From Chrysochromulina tobinii (taxonomy: Eukaryota): a stretch of DNA of 32,104 nucleotides. Of the stretch, positions 9,315 to 19,842 are shown piece by piece. The stretch covers positions 1-32,104 of the forward strand of contig JWZX01003307.1 in the NCBI GenBank assembly GCA_001275005.1, given 5' to 3'. How positions within the stretch are numbered: position 1 is the stretch's first letter; each line of letters begins with the position of its first letter. A model generated the notes under the pieces. It saw nothing but the letters and a program-made list of their open reading frames with translations. It was not told where the DNA came from and did no database searches. The translations under genes and the position numbers were made by a program.

Positions 9315-11567
9315 ATGTCCATCGTGCCTGCTCTCGTACTCGTAGCCGCAACGCTCCTCCCCACGCCTCTCGAGCGCGCGTCGTCGACCGTCGATGGCCT
9401 GTTCCAATACTACCAGAAGACCGAGCCGCGCGAGGCGCCGAGAAAGGCCAAGTTCTTCTTCTCATGCGGTCAGATTGGTGGCTCGGCTCCGGCGAACGAG
9501 CCCAATGTGGCCGCATCCGAGTGCAAGTGCGAGGACGAGTCAGATTTTGGATGTGTGAACTGCTACCGCTGGTGGTCGGCCGTTGCCCTTGAGGCGCTTG
9601 CCTCGTATGCGATCGCTTCCAATCTGACGCCAGCCGATGCGGGTGGCGCGCGCATCCTCGACGCTGCGCAGTCGACGTGGCAGCACGCGCCTTACAATGC
9701 CTTCTGGAACGCGACGGAGCATCCGACTTGGGTGGACGACTTTGCGTGGTACGGGCTGGCGTATACGCGCATGCACGACTGGACCGCGGATGACACGTGG
9801 CGGACCCGCGCGCTTGAGCTGCTCAAGTGGGGCTTCACCTATGGATGGGACACCGCCGCATCGGACGCCGCCGCATCGGACGCCGCGATCAGCGGCGTGC
9901 ATGACGAGGCAAGCTCGGAGTGCGGCGGGTTCTGGTGGAGCCTGCATGCGGACTCGCGCTTCAAGGACTCAATCTCGATCGTCGAGCTCATGCACCTGGC
10001 CGCGCGCCTCGCGAGCTCGGCTGCGGCTGGCTCGGAAGAGCGCGCGTCACTCCTTGCCGACGCCGAACGCGTGTGGGGCTGGTTGGCAGCGTTTGAGGGC
10101 GGGCGTGGGCTGCTCGCTCCTAACGGGATCATGAGCACGGGTGCGCAGCCGGAGTGGTGCTGCAGCGCGCTGGCCGCCGCGACCACGTGCACGACGCGGA
10201 CCAATGGGAGCCTGTGCGAGAGCTCCGGCATCGCAGGCGAGTCGTATAACCACGGCATACTCCTCTCCTCGGCGGCGCTCCTGTACAACCTGACCGCGGA
10301 TACGGCGTACCTGGGCTACGTCGCCTCGCTGCTCAACGCTGCTGTCGCCAACATGACCAACGAGCTCGGAGCTCCCATAGATGAGCAGCGGGGCGCTCGC
10401 TCGCAGTCGACCATATGTAATGCGAGCAGCGGCTACGACCCTGGTGCGGACTTTTTCAGCTTCAAGGGCATCTTCATAGCACATGTCGGCTATGCGTTCC
10501 AGAGCCTCGCCTCGAGCGGCGCCCTCACACCCGGGCTAGCGGGCCCTATGCGCCATCTCGTCCAGATGAGCTCGGATCTCGCCTGGGGACGATCCGCCGT
10601 CTTCCCACCCTTCGAGCTCCTTGACGACCGGTGCCACGTTCCGCCTGCACTGCCCTCGACGCCCCGTGCCAGCAACGGCGGCAGCATTGGCAGCAGCATT
10701 GGCAGCAGCACGGGCAGCAGCACCGGCGACAGCAGCAGCAGTAGCAGCAGCAGAAGCAGTAGCAACAGCACTGTTAAACTGCCGCCCAAGTTCAGGTGGT
10801 GGTGGACAAACGGCTCTACCGCTGCGGTGCAGACGCCGCCTGATCCTCGGGTGTGGCTCATGCGCGCTGGGCTTCGCTGCACGTACTCTGTCGCGCCGAT
10901 TTGGAGTGGCCAGATCGACAATCTTGCAGCGTGCCAGGAGCGGTGCGCCACGAAGGACAGCTGCCAGACCTATGCGTTTGCCAACCTCACGCACACCGGC
11001 CTGGTGTGCTCGCTGTACGCTCCCGTGACGGGCTCGGCTCGCCAGACGGAGGTAGGCTGCACGGAACTCGACGCGGCGTATGTGGTGGGAGCGCGCCGGC
11101 CGCCGAGCCCTCGCACAGCTAGCTGCCGTGCCTTCGGCTGCTCCGGTACGGAGGTCAAAGTGGCCTGCCAATGTGACGCGCTGTGCGCGCGACATCTCGA
11201 CTGTTGTGCCGACTACGCAGACACATGCCTGCCCGCAGCCAGCCGTATGCCGAGCTGTCAGGGCCGGTGCAGTGGTGCCAAGCTGGCTGAGGCGAAGGGG
11301 GCCAAGGCGGCCGGCGAGGCATCGCCCGATGGTATGGCAGGGGTTGTCCCGTGGACCGTCCCGCTTCCCATCCCGGGAGGGGGCTACTGCTTCTGTGACG
11401 CCGGCTGCGAGAACAGCTTCACAGACAACAACTCGCACGGTGGCTGCTGCGCTGACTATAAGTGGCGATGCACCGTGGGCGGGCAGCGGGACCCGCTCTG
11501 CATGGACGCGCGCACGCAGGCTCAGGCGCTCAACGCCTTCGTGGCGCATCACGTCGTGGAGCAGTGA
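9315..11567 (+). CDS. Secreted glycoside hydrolase family 76-like protein with PAN/apple-like and two somatomedin B-like domains
   Basis: Hydrophobic leader MSIVPALVLVAATLL. GH76-type motifs WVDDFAWYGLA (DD at 9735-9740), CGGFWW, FKDSIS, SYNHGILL, FKGIF. PAN-like ACQERCATKDSCQTYAF...CSLY. SMB-like CQCDALCARHLDCCADY and CFCDAGC...CCADY. Confidence 0.85.
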   Translation: MSIVPALVLVAATLLPTPLERASSTVDGLFQYYQKTEPREAPRKAKFFFSCGQIGGSAPANEPNVAASECKCEDESDFGCVNCYRWWSAVALEALASYAIASNLTPADAGGARILDAAQSTWQHAPYNAFWNATEHPTWVDDFAWYGLAYTRMHDWTADDTWRTRALELLKWGFTYGWDTAASDAAASDAAISGVHDEASSECGGFWWSLHADSRFKDSISIVELMHLAARLASSAAAGSEERASLLADAERVWGWLAAFEGGRGLLAPNGIMSTGAQPEWCCSALAAATTCTTRTNGSLCESSGIAGESYNHGILLSSAALLYNLTADTAYLGYVASLLNAAVANMTNELGAPIDEQRGARSQSTICNASSGYDPGADFFSFKGIFIAHVGYAFQSLASSGALTPGLAGPMRHLVQMSSDLAWGRSAVFPPFELLDDRCHVPPALPSTPRASNGGSIGSSIGSSTGSSTGDSSSSSSSRSSSNSTVKLPPKFRWWWTNGSTAAVQTPPDPRVWLMRAGLRCTYSVAPIWSGQIDNLAACQERCATKDSCQTYAFANLTHTGLVCSLYAPVTGSARQTEVGCTELDAAYVVGARRPPSPRTASCRAFGCSGTEVKVACQCDALCARHLDCCADYADTCLPAASRMPSCQGRCSGAKLAEAKGAKAAGEASPDGMAGVVPWTVPLPIPGGGYCFCDAGCENSFTDNNSHGGCCADYKWRCTVGGQRDPLCMDARTQAQALNAFVAHHVVEQ
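10672..10770 (+). repeat. AGC-rich microsatellite encoding a Ser/Gly linker
   Basis: Imperfect (AGC)n giving GSIGSSIGSSTGSSTGDSSSSSSSRSSSNS. Confidence 0.85.
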
Positions 11568-11840
11568 CCACGTGCACCAAACCTGTTGTGAGTGCCAACG
11601 GGTATAGCATCCCGTCCGAAAAGTGTGGAAGCGTCACTGCTCACACCTGATTTGCAGTTGAGATTTGATCGGTTTTCGCTGAAAAGCAACGAGTACGCTG
11701 GCCCGATGCGAACTGATCGCGGACGAGAGAAAGTTAGCGAGCTAGCGCGTAGCGCGCGATACTAGGTAATGCACTCGTCCATTAGCGATTACTACCGGTA
11801 GCCGGTACAATCATTTGTGATTTGATGGGCGCAAGCGAGG

Positions 11841-14082
11841 TCATGCACGAGTAGGAATAATAGCTGTACCACGTGCGTATGGCGAGCCTGGTCCAGTCGG
11901 GTATCCAGTCGGCTGCACCCCAACCCACCAGAATTCTCTGTAATTGGTTTTCCCGAGTCGAGTTGGTACGACATCGTTCATTTCTGGCCTACGGCGAAGT
12001 GTCCATGAACCGGGATCAGCTTGTAGACCAGCCCTGGGTTTCAACTGGTAGAATTCAGCTGGTGGCTTCCACTGGCCCCGATCCATGTCTACTGGTGTCT
12101 GAGCCATTTTGGGGGGCTTCATTTGTTGAGGGGTGGTCGGCGGGCTGAAGTATTTTCCTGCGTGCACGGTCTCGCGGGCTGCACTTCTCGCACTGGCCGC
12201 GGTCTGTTGCACGTTGTTCCCCCACACCTGCGAATGATGGTTTCCTCGCGATCGGAGGCGAGCTCAGAGAAGGGGCGCGAGAGATGGACGGTACCGAGCA
12301 GGGGGTGGCTGGATGATTCGGACCTTTCGAATGTGAGCGTCAACGGAGGCGTACATCTTTCGCGGACGCGCCTCGCAAGCCTCGCACGCCTGCTCCCAAA
12401 GCTGCGCCTTTGCGGCATCGAGTGCCTCGATACTCGCATCAGCCGCATTCCCCTCTGCATTTAATTGCCGCTGATGCTCCGCGAGAGCTGATTCTTGATG
12501 CGAGACGACTGCATGCACGGAATCCGGGGAACGCAGCGTGAGCTGTGCAGGCAGGCGTGCGGGCGTTTGGCGCGCTTGCAGGGGCGGGTGGCTCCAGTGA
12601 GCGATGTACTCCAACTTCGTGCCTCGTGGGCGCTACACACCTCTCTGGTGAATCGCTCCCGCCAATGCACTCAACTGCGCCTCTTTCCGATCAAGATGCG
12701 CGTCATTCCACGCGATCTTGCCACTGGTGCCGAACACTTTTTCGTAGCTCTCCAGCCATTCCTTGTGGAATGTCACGTGCACAGTGTCCCACGCCTTCTT
12801 GGCGGCCGTCTTGTTCTCTTGCCGAAGCCGTGTAGCAATCGCCTGGAAACAAGGGTTACATTCCGTCGTGAGGGGTGTAAGCGGGGATCATGGAGCTGCG
12901 CGCGGGAGCGGCACTGTGGCTGCGCGGGACGCCCTATGTGAACACCTCCGTTAATTGTCGGCCCCGTTTCGCGGCAGCCTCCTTCGCCGCCATCGCCTTC
13001 TCCGCCTCAGCCAGCACTCTTCTCAGTGCCATTGTCTTCTCAATTTCATCAGCCTTCGCCTCCCGCATAACCTGAGCTCGTGCTGCCTCGGAGGCTTCAA
13101 ACTTACATCGGGCCTCCTTGCTCTCCATCTCCATCTGCTTCAGTACCCTTTCTCGTATCACCTGAACAATCGTTGGCGGTGCTTCCTTAAGACGCTGACG
13201 CCTTTCCTCCTCGGTCACCTTGAATTTATTTTCGAGCTGGCGCAGCTGCTCCTGCCGGTAGGCCGTCTGACTTCGCTCCTCCTCTTGTTTTGCCTCCTCC
13301 TCGGCTGCCCTTTTTGCAGCCACGCGCTTTGCAGAGTCCTTGGTCGCCTGCATGGCCCTCGCATTCGCTCTTTCAATCTCGGGACGTCGAAGCTCCGCAC
13401 GGAGCCTGGCCGCACGCTGCTCGGCAAGCACTATCTCGTTCCGCTCTTTCACAAACTCTGCGACAGCCTCGTCGTTACGCGCGTACCATCCGTCTGTGCG
13501 CGGAGAATCGGCCGGTAATGTCGCCGTGCTTGGCCGCTGTCGGTCTAAGCACGGATCTTGTGGCCGATCGTCACTACTGAGCGGTCCACTCGCTGGGATG
13601 CCTGCGGCAGCAGCGGCTGCGAGGTACTTTTGACGTTCATCGTAGGGCGTCGCAGGCCGTGGAGTTGCCCTTTTGTTTCGGTACCCGTGTCCTGGCGTCG
13701 AGGCGGCACGCGAAGGTGGCCGCTGCAATGTCGGTGTGAAGGGTCGCCGCACTTGCGAGTCGGATGTAAAAGGACGCCGCTCTGGCGAGTCAGATCCGAA
13801 GGGCCTACGCACCCCTGGAAAGTCAGGCGTCGATGCCAGCTGTGTCGCCGTCCTCGCTGACTGTGAATGTGTCGGTTCCTTCATCATTTCCATCCATGTC
13901 GGTGAGAGAGGCGGTGAATCGGCCCCGGATGTCACATCAATGCGCAATCGAGAAGGAGAACGACGTGGGTTCTGCGAGGGTGCAGCCATGAGGAGACGGG
14001 AGGGGAGTTCGGTCGTCGACGGAAAAATCGCAAGGTTTTGTAACGCCTGTGGGCAAACTTCTGCCGCGATGACAATCGCCAT
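11841..14082 (-). CDS. Four-exon hypothetical coiled-coil protein with Pro/Arg/Thr-rich N-terminus
   Basis: Exons 14082 (or 13989)-12946, 12842-12641, 12508-12324, 12227-11841. GT-AG introns of 103, 132 and 96 bp keep the frame and join three separately listed ORFs. Confidence 0.8.
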
Positions 14083-14272
14083 AACGCGCCCCGTGACGAT
14101 ACGGTATGCGACCGTAGAAGGCAGGGCGGGTGGGCCTGGGATCGCGGAAAAGAATCAGAGCTCTACTATTGTAGAACAGTACGTGCCGTTACATAATGCT
14201 GTTACACGAGGTTAGCTAGACAAATTACAAGGTGGTGCGCGCGCGCGCGAGCGGTCGACCGATCGGATACCG

Positions 14273-14350
14273 GGTACCGGTAAAAAGACACCGGTACCCG
14301 GTGTGTCCCGTGTGTGTCCCGGCTCCCCCCGGTGTCTTTTTACCGGTACC
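14273..14350. repeat. Perfect 22-bp inverted repeat with 34-bp spacer
   Basis: GGTACCGGTAAAAAGACACCGG (14273-14294) and CCGGTGTCTTTTTACCGGTACC (14329-14350). Confidence 0.92.
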
Positions 14351-14573
14351 GGGTACCCGGTACCTCAAGACACCTGGAGACACGCGGCCCATCCACGGAT
14401 TGTTCGGAGCGCGTCAAGTTTAAATAACAAAGTACTGTACCGTACAGTGACCCGGCTCCCTCCGGTGAAACCTGTGGCAGACAAACTTTCTGAGCACTCT
14501 TTGCGGACTTCAAGGCGACGTGCTCGAAGCTCGCACTGCTTTTGGCGTCGTCGTCGTCTCACCCTCACAGAGC

Positions 14574-17500
14574 ATGGTCAAGACCTACCTGCGCTACGCC
14601 GAGGATGCCAGCTGGGGCGTGGTCGTCTCCGGCGGCGGCAACGTCGCAGTCGACGCCTCGGGCAAGCTGGCACTCGCGCCCGCACTTGAGGCTGTCGCCA
14701 TCTGGAACATCAAGACCGGCGCACTCGTGCGGCAGCTGCGAGCGGCTGGAGTCTCGTCTGAGGTGACGGCGCTGGAGCTCGCGGCCGACGGCGACACCGT
14801 CGCTGTCGGCTACGCGGATGGCTCCATCCGGCTGTGGCAGCTCTCGGACACGGCCACCACGGCGGAGCGCGTGACGCTCAACGGCCACAAGAGTGCTGTG
14901 AGCGCGCTGCACTTCAACCGTGCCGCGACGATGCTCGTCTCGGGCGCGCGGGACACGAACGTGATTGTGTGGGACGTGATTGCCGAGGCCGGCATCTGCC
15001 GGTTGCGCGGGCACAAGGACGCCGTCACCGACGTGTGCCTGCTGCCGACGCACGACGCCATCGCCTCCGTCTCCAAGGACGGCCTGCTGAAGCTGTGGGA
15101 CCTGCCGACACAGCACTGCATCCAGACGGTGGCCGCACCGAGCGGCGAGCTCTGGAGCCTGGCCGCCGACGAGGCGGGCGAGCGACTGCTCACGGGTGGG
15201 GCCAACGCGGAGGTGCTCGTATGGCGCCTCGAGGTTCGTCAACTGGCCCGGGCGCGCCCGCCGCTCGCCGCCGGCGCGGCGCGCGTCGACGCGGCAGCGT
15301 CGGGCAGCGCCGTGTCGGGCAGCGCCGTGTCGGCCGGTGGCGCGGTCACGTCCAGCGGCGAGTGGCGTGGCGTGCAGGCGCATCCTTGGGGCGTCCTCGC
15401 TATCCGCGCGAGCCAGGCTCGGGTTGCTCGCCTCCGCTTCGGCCTGGACGATCGGGCTCTTGCGGTGCAGTTTGCCGATCGCAACCTGCAGCTGTTCTCG
15501 GTGCAGAGCGCCGCGCAGCTCAAGCGACAGCTCAAGCGACGCGCAGCCAAGAAGCGAAAGGCCGCGAGCGGCGCCGCCGTCGCCGTGTCGGGCGCCGTGA
15601 CGGGCATCGATGAGGATGACGAGACCGAGCCTACCCTGCATGCTGCTGACTGCTTCCTGCCGTTGACGCACCTACGCGCGGCGCAGAAGCTGCACTCATT
15701 CGCCTTCATGCCGCGTGCCGGCCGTGCCCAGATGGGCGCCGGCGCCGGCATCGCGGCCGTCGCGCCGGACGAGGCGGACGACGTTGACGAAGGCGGTGCC
15801 TGCAAGGTGCCCGATACGGCGCGACTCCTCGTCGCGGACCGGTCGAACGCTTTGGGCGTGTACGGGTGCGAACTCAAGCAGGGCGGCGCGGCGGCGCTCC
15901 TCTCGAGTGTGAGTGCAGCAGGCCACCGGTCGGAGCCCCGCGGGCTCGCGTTGAGTGCGGACGACCGGCTCGCGGTCGCCGCCTGCGACGGCGAGACAAA
16001 GGTGTGGAATGTCAAGTCGCAGCAGTGCGTCGGCTCGCTTGCGTGTGGGTACGGGTTGAGCGCGGCCTTCGTGCTCGCCTCCAAGTACGTGATCGTGGGG
16101 ACCAAGGCCGGCAGCCTACAGGCCTTCTCGCTCGCGACCAATGATCTCGTCGATGAGAGGGCCGACGCTCATGCGGGCGCTGTCTGGTCGCTGTGCGTGC
16201 AGCCGGGGAGCACGACCATCCTGTCGGGCGGCGCCGACAAGACGATTGCGTTTTGGACGCCGCGCGAGCCGAAGCCGAACGTCGTGAAGCTCGAGGAGGA
16301 GCGCCGTCATGAGCTGAACGACGACGTGCTCTGCGCGCGATTCACACCCGAGGGCAAGCACGTGGTCGCTGCTCTTTTGGACGCTTCGATACGGATCCTC
16401 TTCACCGACAGTCTCAAGCTCTTCCTGACGCTGTATGGCCACCAGCTGCCCGTGCTCTGCGTGAGCGCCTCGTCCGACGGCGAGCTACTCGCCTCGGGCG
16501 CCGCTGACAAGACCATTAAGATCTGGGGACTCGACTTTGGCGACTGCCATCGATCGCTCCACGGGCACACAGAATCGGTCATGTGCGTCGCCTTTGTGCG
16601 CGAGACCCACTTCTTCTTCTCTTCGAGCAAGGACAAGACAGTGCGCTACTGGGACGCGGATCACTTTGAGCAGATCCTATGCCTCAAGGGGCACCACGCC
16701 GACGTTTGGGCGATGGCTCCTTCGCGAAGCGGCTCTTTTGTCGTGTCCGCCTCCAAAGACCGTTCGCTGCGCCTGTGGAAGCGGAGCGACGAGCAGGTTT
16801 TTCTCGAGGAGGAGCGTGAGGCGGCGCTCGAAGAGCTCTTCGAAGCCGGGCTGGAGAAGCGCCAGGAGTACGCCGAGGCCGAGGAGGAGGAGGCGGCCGC
16901 CCTCGGGATGGAGCCGCAGGCCGAAGCTGCAGCCGCTGGCCGACGGACGATGGAGACCGTCAAGGGGGCGGAGCGCGTGCTCGAGGCTCTCAAGACGCTC
17001 ACTGAGGAGTCGGAGCGCGTCGCCGAGTACGAGAACGCGCATGCCAAGTGGACTGCCCGAGGCGCCGCGGGCGAGGGCAGCAAGCAGCCTGTACTCGTAC
17101 CCAATATGCTCCTGCTCGGGCTCGACCAAGGGGCATACCTACTCAAAGCGCTCAGCTCAGTGCGTGCCACCGAGCTCGAGCAGGCGCTCTTGCTGCTGCC
17201 TTTCGACGCGGCCAAAGCACTCCTTACGCGGCTGCTACCCCTCGTGCCACGCGCGCCGCCCGTCGAGTTGATGGCGAAGGTCATCCTCTTCTTGCTCCGC
17301 GTGCACCACAAGCAGATCGTCGGTAGCGCCGGGCTGCTCACGATGCTGAATGCGCTCGACACGTCGCTACGATCGCGCCTCGCGCAGGAGCATGGCGTCA
17401 TCGGGTACAACCTCGCCGCGATGCGATACATGCGCCAGCAGCTCGAGCAAGTGGATGACACGCGCTTCTTTGCCGGAGCACTCGAGCAGAGCACCGCCAC

Positions 17501-17630
17501 CGGCCGCGACTCGATCGGAGAGCTCCGACGAAAGACGGCGGCGAGAGAGCGCGGCAGCAAGCGCGAGAAGAAACTCAAGGGACGCAAGATGAAGGAGGTG
17601 GCGGAGGCGGCGAAGAAGAAGGCCATGTGA
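14574..17630 (+). CDS. WDR3: WD repeat protein 3 / U3 snoRNP-associated Utp12 (Dip2)
   Basis: MVKTYLRY start, many WD40 repeats, LFLTLYGHQLPV, DKTIKIWGLDFGDCHRS, ETVKGAERVLEAL and a C-terminal Utp12-type region (LEQALLLLPF, IGYNLAAM). No intron needed. Confidence 0.95.
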   Translation: MVKTYLRYAEDASWGVVVSGGGNVAVDASGKLALAPALEAVAIWNIKTGALVRQLRAAGVSSEVTALELAADGDTVAVGYADGSIRLWQLSDTATTAERVTLNGHKSAVSALHFNRAATMLVSGARDTNVIVWDVIAEAGICRLRGHKDAVTDVCLLPTHDAIASVSKDGLLKLWDLPTQHCIQTVAAPSGELWSLAADEAGERLLTGGANAEVLVWRLEVRQLARARPPLAAGAARVDAAASGSAVSGSAVSAGGAVTSSGEWRGVQAHPWGVLAIRASQARVARLRFGLDDRALAVQFADRNLQLFSVQSAAQLKRQLKRRAAKKRKAASGAAVAVSGAVTGIDEDDETEPTLHAADCFLPLTHLRAAQKLHSFAFMPRAGRAQMGAGAGIAAVAPDEADDVDEGGACKVPDTARLLVADRSNALGVYGCELKQGGAAALLSSVSAAGHRSEPRGLALSADDRLAVAACDGETKVWNVKSQQCVGSLACGYGLSAAFVLASKYVIVGTKAGSLQAFSLATNDLVDERADAHAGAVWSLCVQPGSTTILSGGADKTIAFWTPREPKPNVVKLEEERRHELNDDVLCARFTPEGKHVVAALLDASIRILFTDSLKLFLTLYGHQLPVLCVSASSDGELLASGAADKTIKIWGLDFGDCHRSLHGHTESVMCVAFVRETHFFFSSSKDKTVRYWDADHFEQILCLKGHHADVWAMAPSRSGSFVVSASKDRSLRLWKRSDEQVFLEEEREAALEELFEAGLEKRQEYAEAEEEEAAALGMEPQAEAAAAGRRTMETVKGAERVLEALKTLTEESERVAEYENAHAKWTARGAAGEGSKQPVLVPNMLLLGLDQGAYLLKALSSVRATELEQALLLLPFDAAKALLTRLLPLVPRAPPVELMAKVILFLLRVHHKQIVGSAGLLTMLNALDTSLRSRLAQEHGVIGYNLAAMRYMRQQLEQVDDTRFFAGALEQSTATGRDSIGELRRKTAARERGSKREKKLKGRKMKEVAEAAKKKAM

Positions 17631-18170
17631 GATGGGCAGTTGACGTTTTGGGCCATCGCGGGGCACGGGCCCAGGCGCGGGCCGGCCACGGCGGCGAACG
17701 GCCCAAAGCGCCCTTGGCGGTTCATTGCTGGACTCCCGCGAGATACGGTGTAACGCGAACTGAACAAACCGTGGCGAGACTCGGTTGAAATTCGAACGCG
17801 CTCGGGCGCCTCGTCTCCTCTCGTGACTCGTCACGTCCGTCTCACAGCGCGGCGCGGGCGACCGCGCGGCGGAGCAACCGGAAGGCGGAAGCGGAACGTA
17901 AATCGTACTAACCATTTACAGTGCTGTCGCTAACTAGACTCGCGCCGTTTACATGTAGTGTTTTTAGGTTGTACCGCTCGAGCCACCACGACAAGCAACG
18001 ACAAGCAACGAGGAGAAGAAGTAAGTTTCCATGCCCGTGTCCGGTCCCGCCGCGCGGTGCGGCAGCCCATGTGCGCGTGTGAGATGCGACGCCGTCCGCA
18101 TTTCCCCATGTCGCATGCCGCCATACTCTCACGCCGACATTCCCTTCAAATTACCCCACCGCAATTCAGG

Positions 18171-18198
18171 GGTCCTGCCAATGTGTAGGTAGCTTGGT
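18171..18198 (+). repeat. Dispersed 28-bp repeat, copy 2
   Basis: Identical to 818-845. Confidence 0.9.
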
Positions 18199-18261
18199 CA
18201 GTAGAGAGCCACCACAGTAAGATGCGTCGGCAGTTAAACTTCCTTTAGGATCGCTCAAGCA

Positions 18262-18942
18262 TCACACCTCCCTCTTCGCCGCGTCCTTTAGAACGCTCGC
18301 CAAGCTCTCTGCACGCGGAAAGAAGCGCGGCACCTTGGAGGCCCATTCGACGTACGCGGCGCCATGCTTGTCCTCCATGAACGCCTCCTCCCGCGCTGCT
18401 TTGCTTGATAGGAGTACGTACAGACAGCACGAGAGCAGCAAGCGCTCAGTCGAGGCAGTTAGCAGGCTCAGGCCTCCGCAGCCACAGACGAGCCCGGTAT
18501 AGATCGGATGACGACACACTGAGTAGACGCCATCTACTTGTAGGGTGTTCGCATCCGTGGGTTTAGGCCACGGGCTCAGGGAAGTGCCCAAATCTGCGGC
18601 CGCGACGACGGCGATTGCAAGTCCGCCGAGCAATACCGCAAGACCAATAACGCGTGACAGAACAGACAGGCCAGGCAGATCCGGAGCCGCGAGCACCCCA
18701 CCAAGCAGCACAGCCTGGCCGAAGACCCAAACCTCGCCGCGCGACCCAAACTCACCTTCGAACACGTTTGCAACGACCGCATTGGCCAGATCGGACGGCG
18801 TCACTTCATCCTTGGGCGCGCACATAGCGAATGAACTGGATTTTTTGGATGCTCCCTGAACCTCATCCAGATGCATTCCGATGCGGTGCGTCAGCAGTCT
18901 CTGGCTTGTGATCGATGCAGCCGACACGAGCAGCGCGAGCAT
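18262..18942 (-). CDS. ICMT/PEMT-family integral membrane methyltransferase with targeting leader
   Basis: LGTSLSPWPKP, LQVDGVYSVCRHPIYTG, REEAFMEDKHGAAYVEWASKVPRFFP, hydrophobic helices and leader MLALLVSAASI. Confidence 0.88.
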   Translation of the reverse strand: MLALLVSAASITSQRLLTHRIGMHLDEVQGASKKSSSFAMCAPKDEVTPSDLANAVVANVFEGEFGSRGEVWVFGQAVLLGGVLAAPDLPGLSVLSRVIGLAVLLGGLAIAVVAAADLGTSLSPWPKPTDANTLQVDGVYSVCRHPIYTGLVCGCGGLSLLTASTERLLLSCCLYVLLSSKAAREEAFMEDKHGAAYVEWASKVPRFFPRAESLASVLKDAAKREV

Positions 18943-18986
18943 TTCGGGGGCCTTGGAAGGTCCTCTTCATTATGAATACAATTCTG

Positions 18987-19012
18987 GTCAAGTCAAGTCA
19001 CGTCAAGTCAAG
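18987..19012. repeat. (GTCAA)n pentamer microsatellite
   Basis: GTCAAGTCAAGTCACGTCAAGTCAAG, 45 bp upstream of the 18942 start. Confidence 0.85.
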
Positions 19013-19842
19013 CCCCGGCCGTGCCCGCAAAATTTGGGCTGGCTCATCAGTTCGCGATTCATGCTCGTACTTCATTCGATACCGGGTAGGCTTCCGTATG
19101 GTTGTCTGTTGTTTCTGTATAGACTGACTTGTCTTGAATACAATACACGAAATTGTATGGGAAACCCCCCCTGACCCTACAATACACACATCAACACGTA
19201 AACGGTACCACCGTGAAAGCAATACAGGACTATCGAGATGAGACGAGACTTGAGACACATGCACAGGCGGAGAGCTGAGAAACAGCCAAAAAAGAGAAAG
19301 TCCGGCGAGACCCATGCATGAAGCTATGAACTACCTCTTCATTACCTCTTCACACCGGGGTCACACCGTCATGAATCACGATGGGGACGTGGGTACCCGT
19401 GTGTCAGAGAAGTCTTCAAGCCAAGGCCTCCCTCTACCCCTTCGGCGATAAGTATCACTCTGCAGCTCATGTGGTGAGGATACTTAGTGTGAGAAAGAAT
19501 ACCTCCCTCTAATACCCTCCTCCTCGGACCCCTTAAAAGGCCCTCTGTCTACACTGATTTCAAAATCAGGTGGTGGGGATAGTGTGTGAATCCAGAAAGA
19601 ATATACCTCCGGTCTACAGGCCTCTGCGGGCCTCTGGTGTCTGGACCGCGATGCCCGGCCCTCTATGTACACCCCTCGTTGGCCGTCCGAACTCGAGGAA
19701 GTTGAACTACCCCTAGCTTACCCTTCGCGCTTCGGCCTCCGGTTCGTCGGTAAAATGCTGCGGAGCCCCCCCTCGCTGGTCATAAATTCTATGTACAAAC
19801 CCCAACGCCCGACCCGTGTGTACCGAACTGTAATAAATGTAG

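Noticed and set aside
14565..17767. Long antisense or alternate-frame ORFs over real genes (e.g. 14565-15671, 16661-17767; also 4240-5181, 21809-22903, 29571-30773)
   Set aside because: Shadow ORFs expected from high GC and codon bias; no recognisable motifs, and they overlap well-supported genes.
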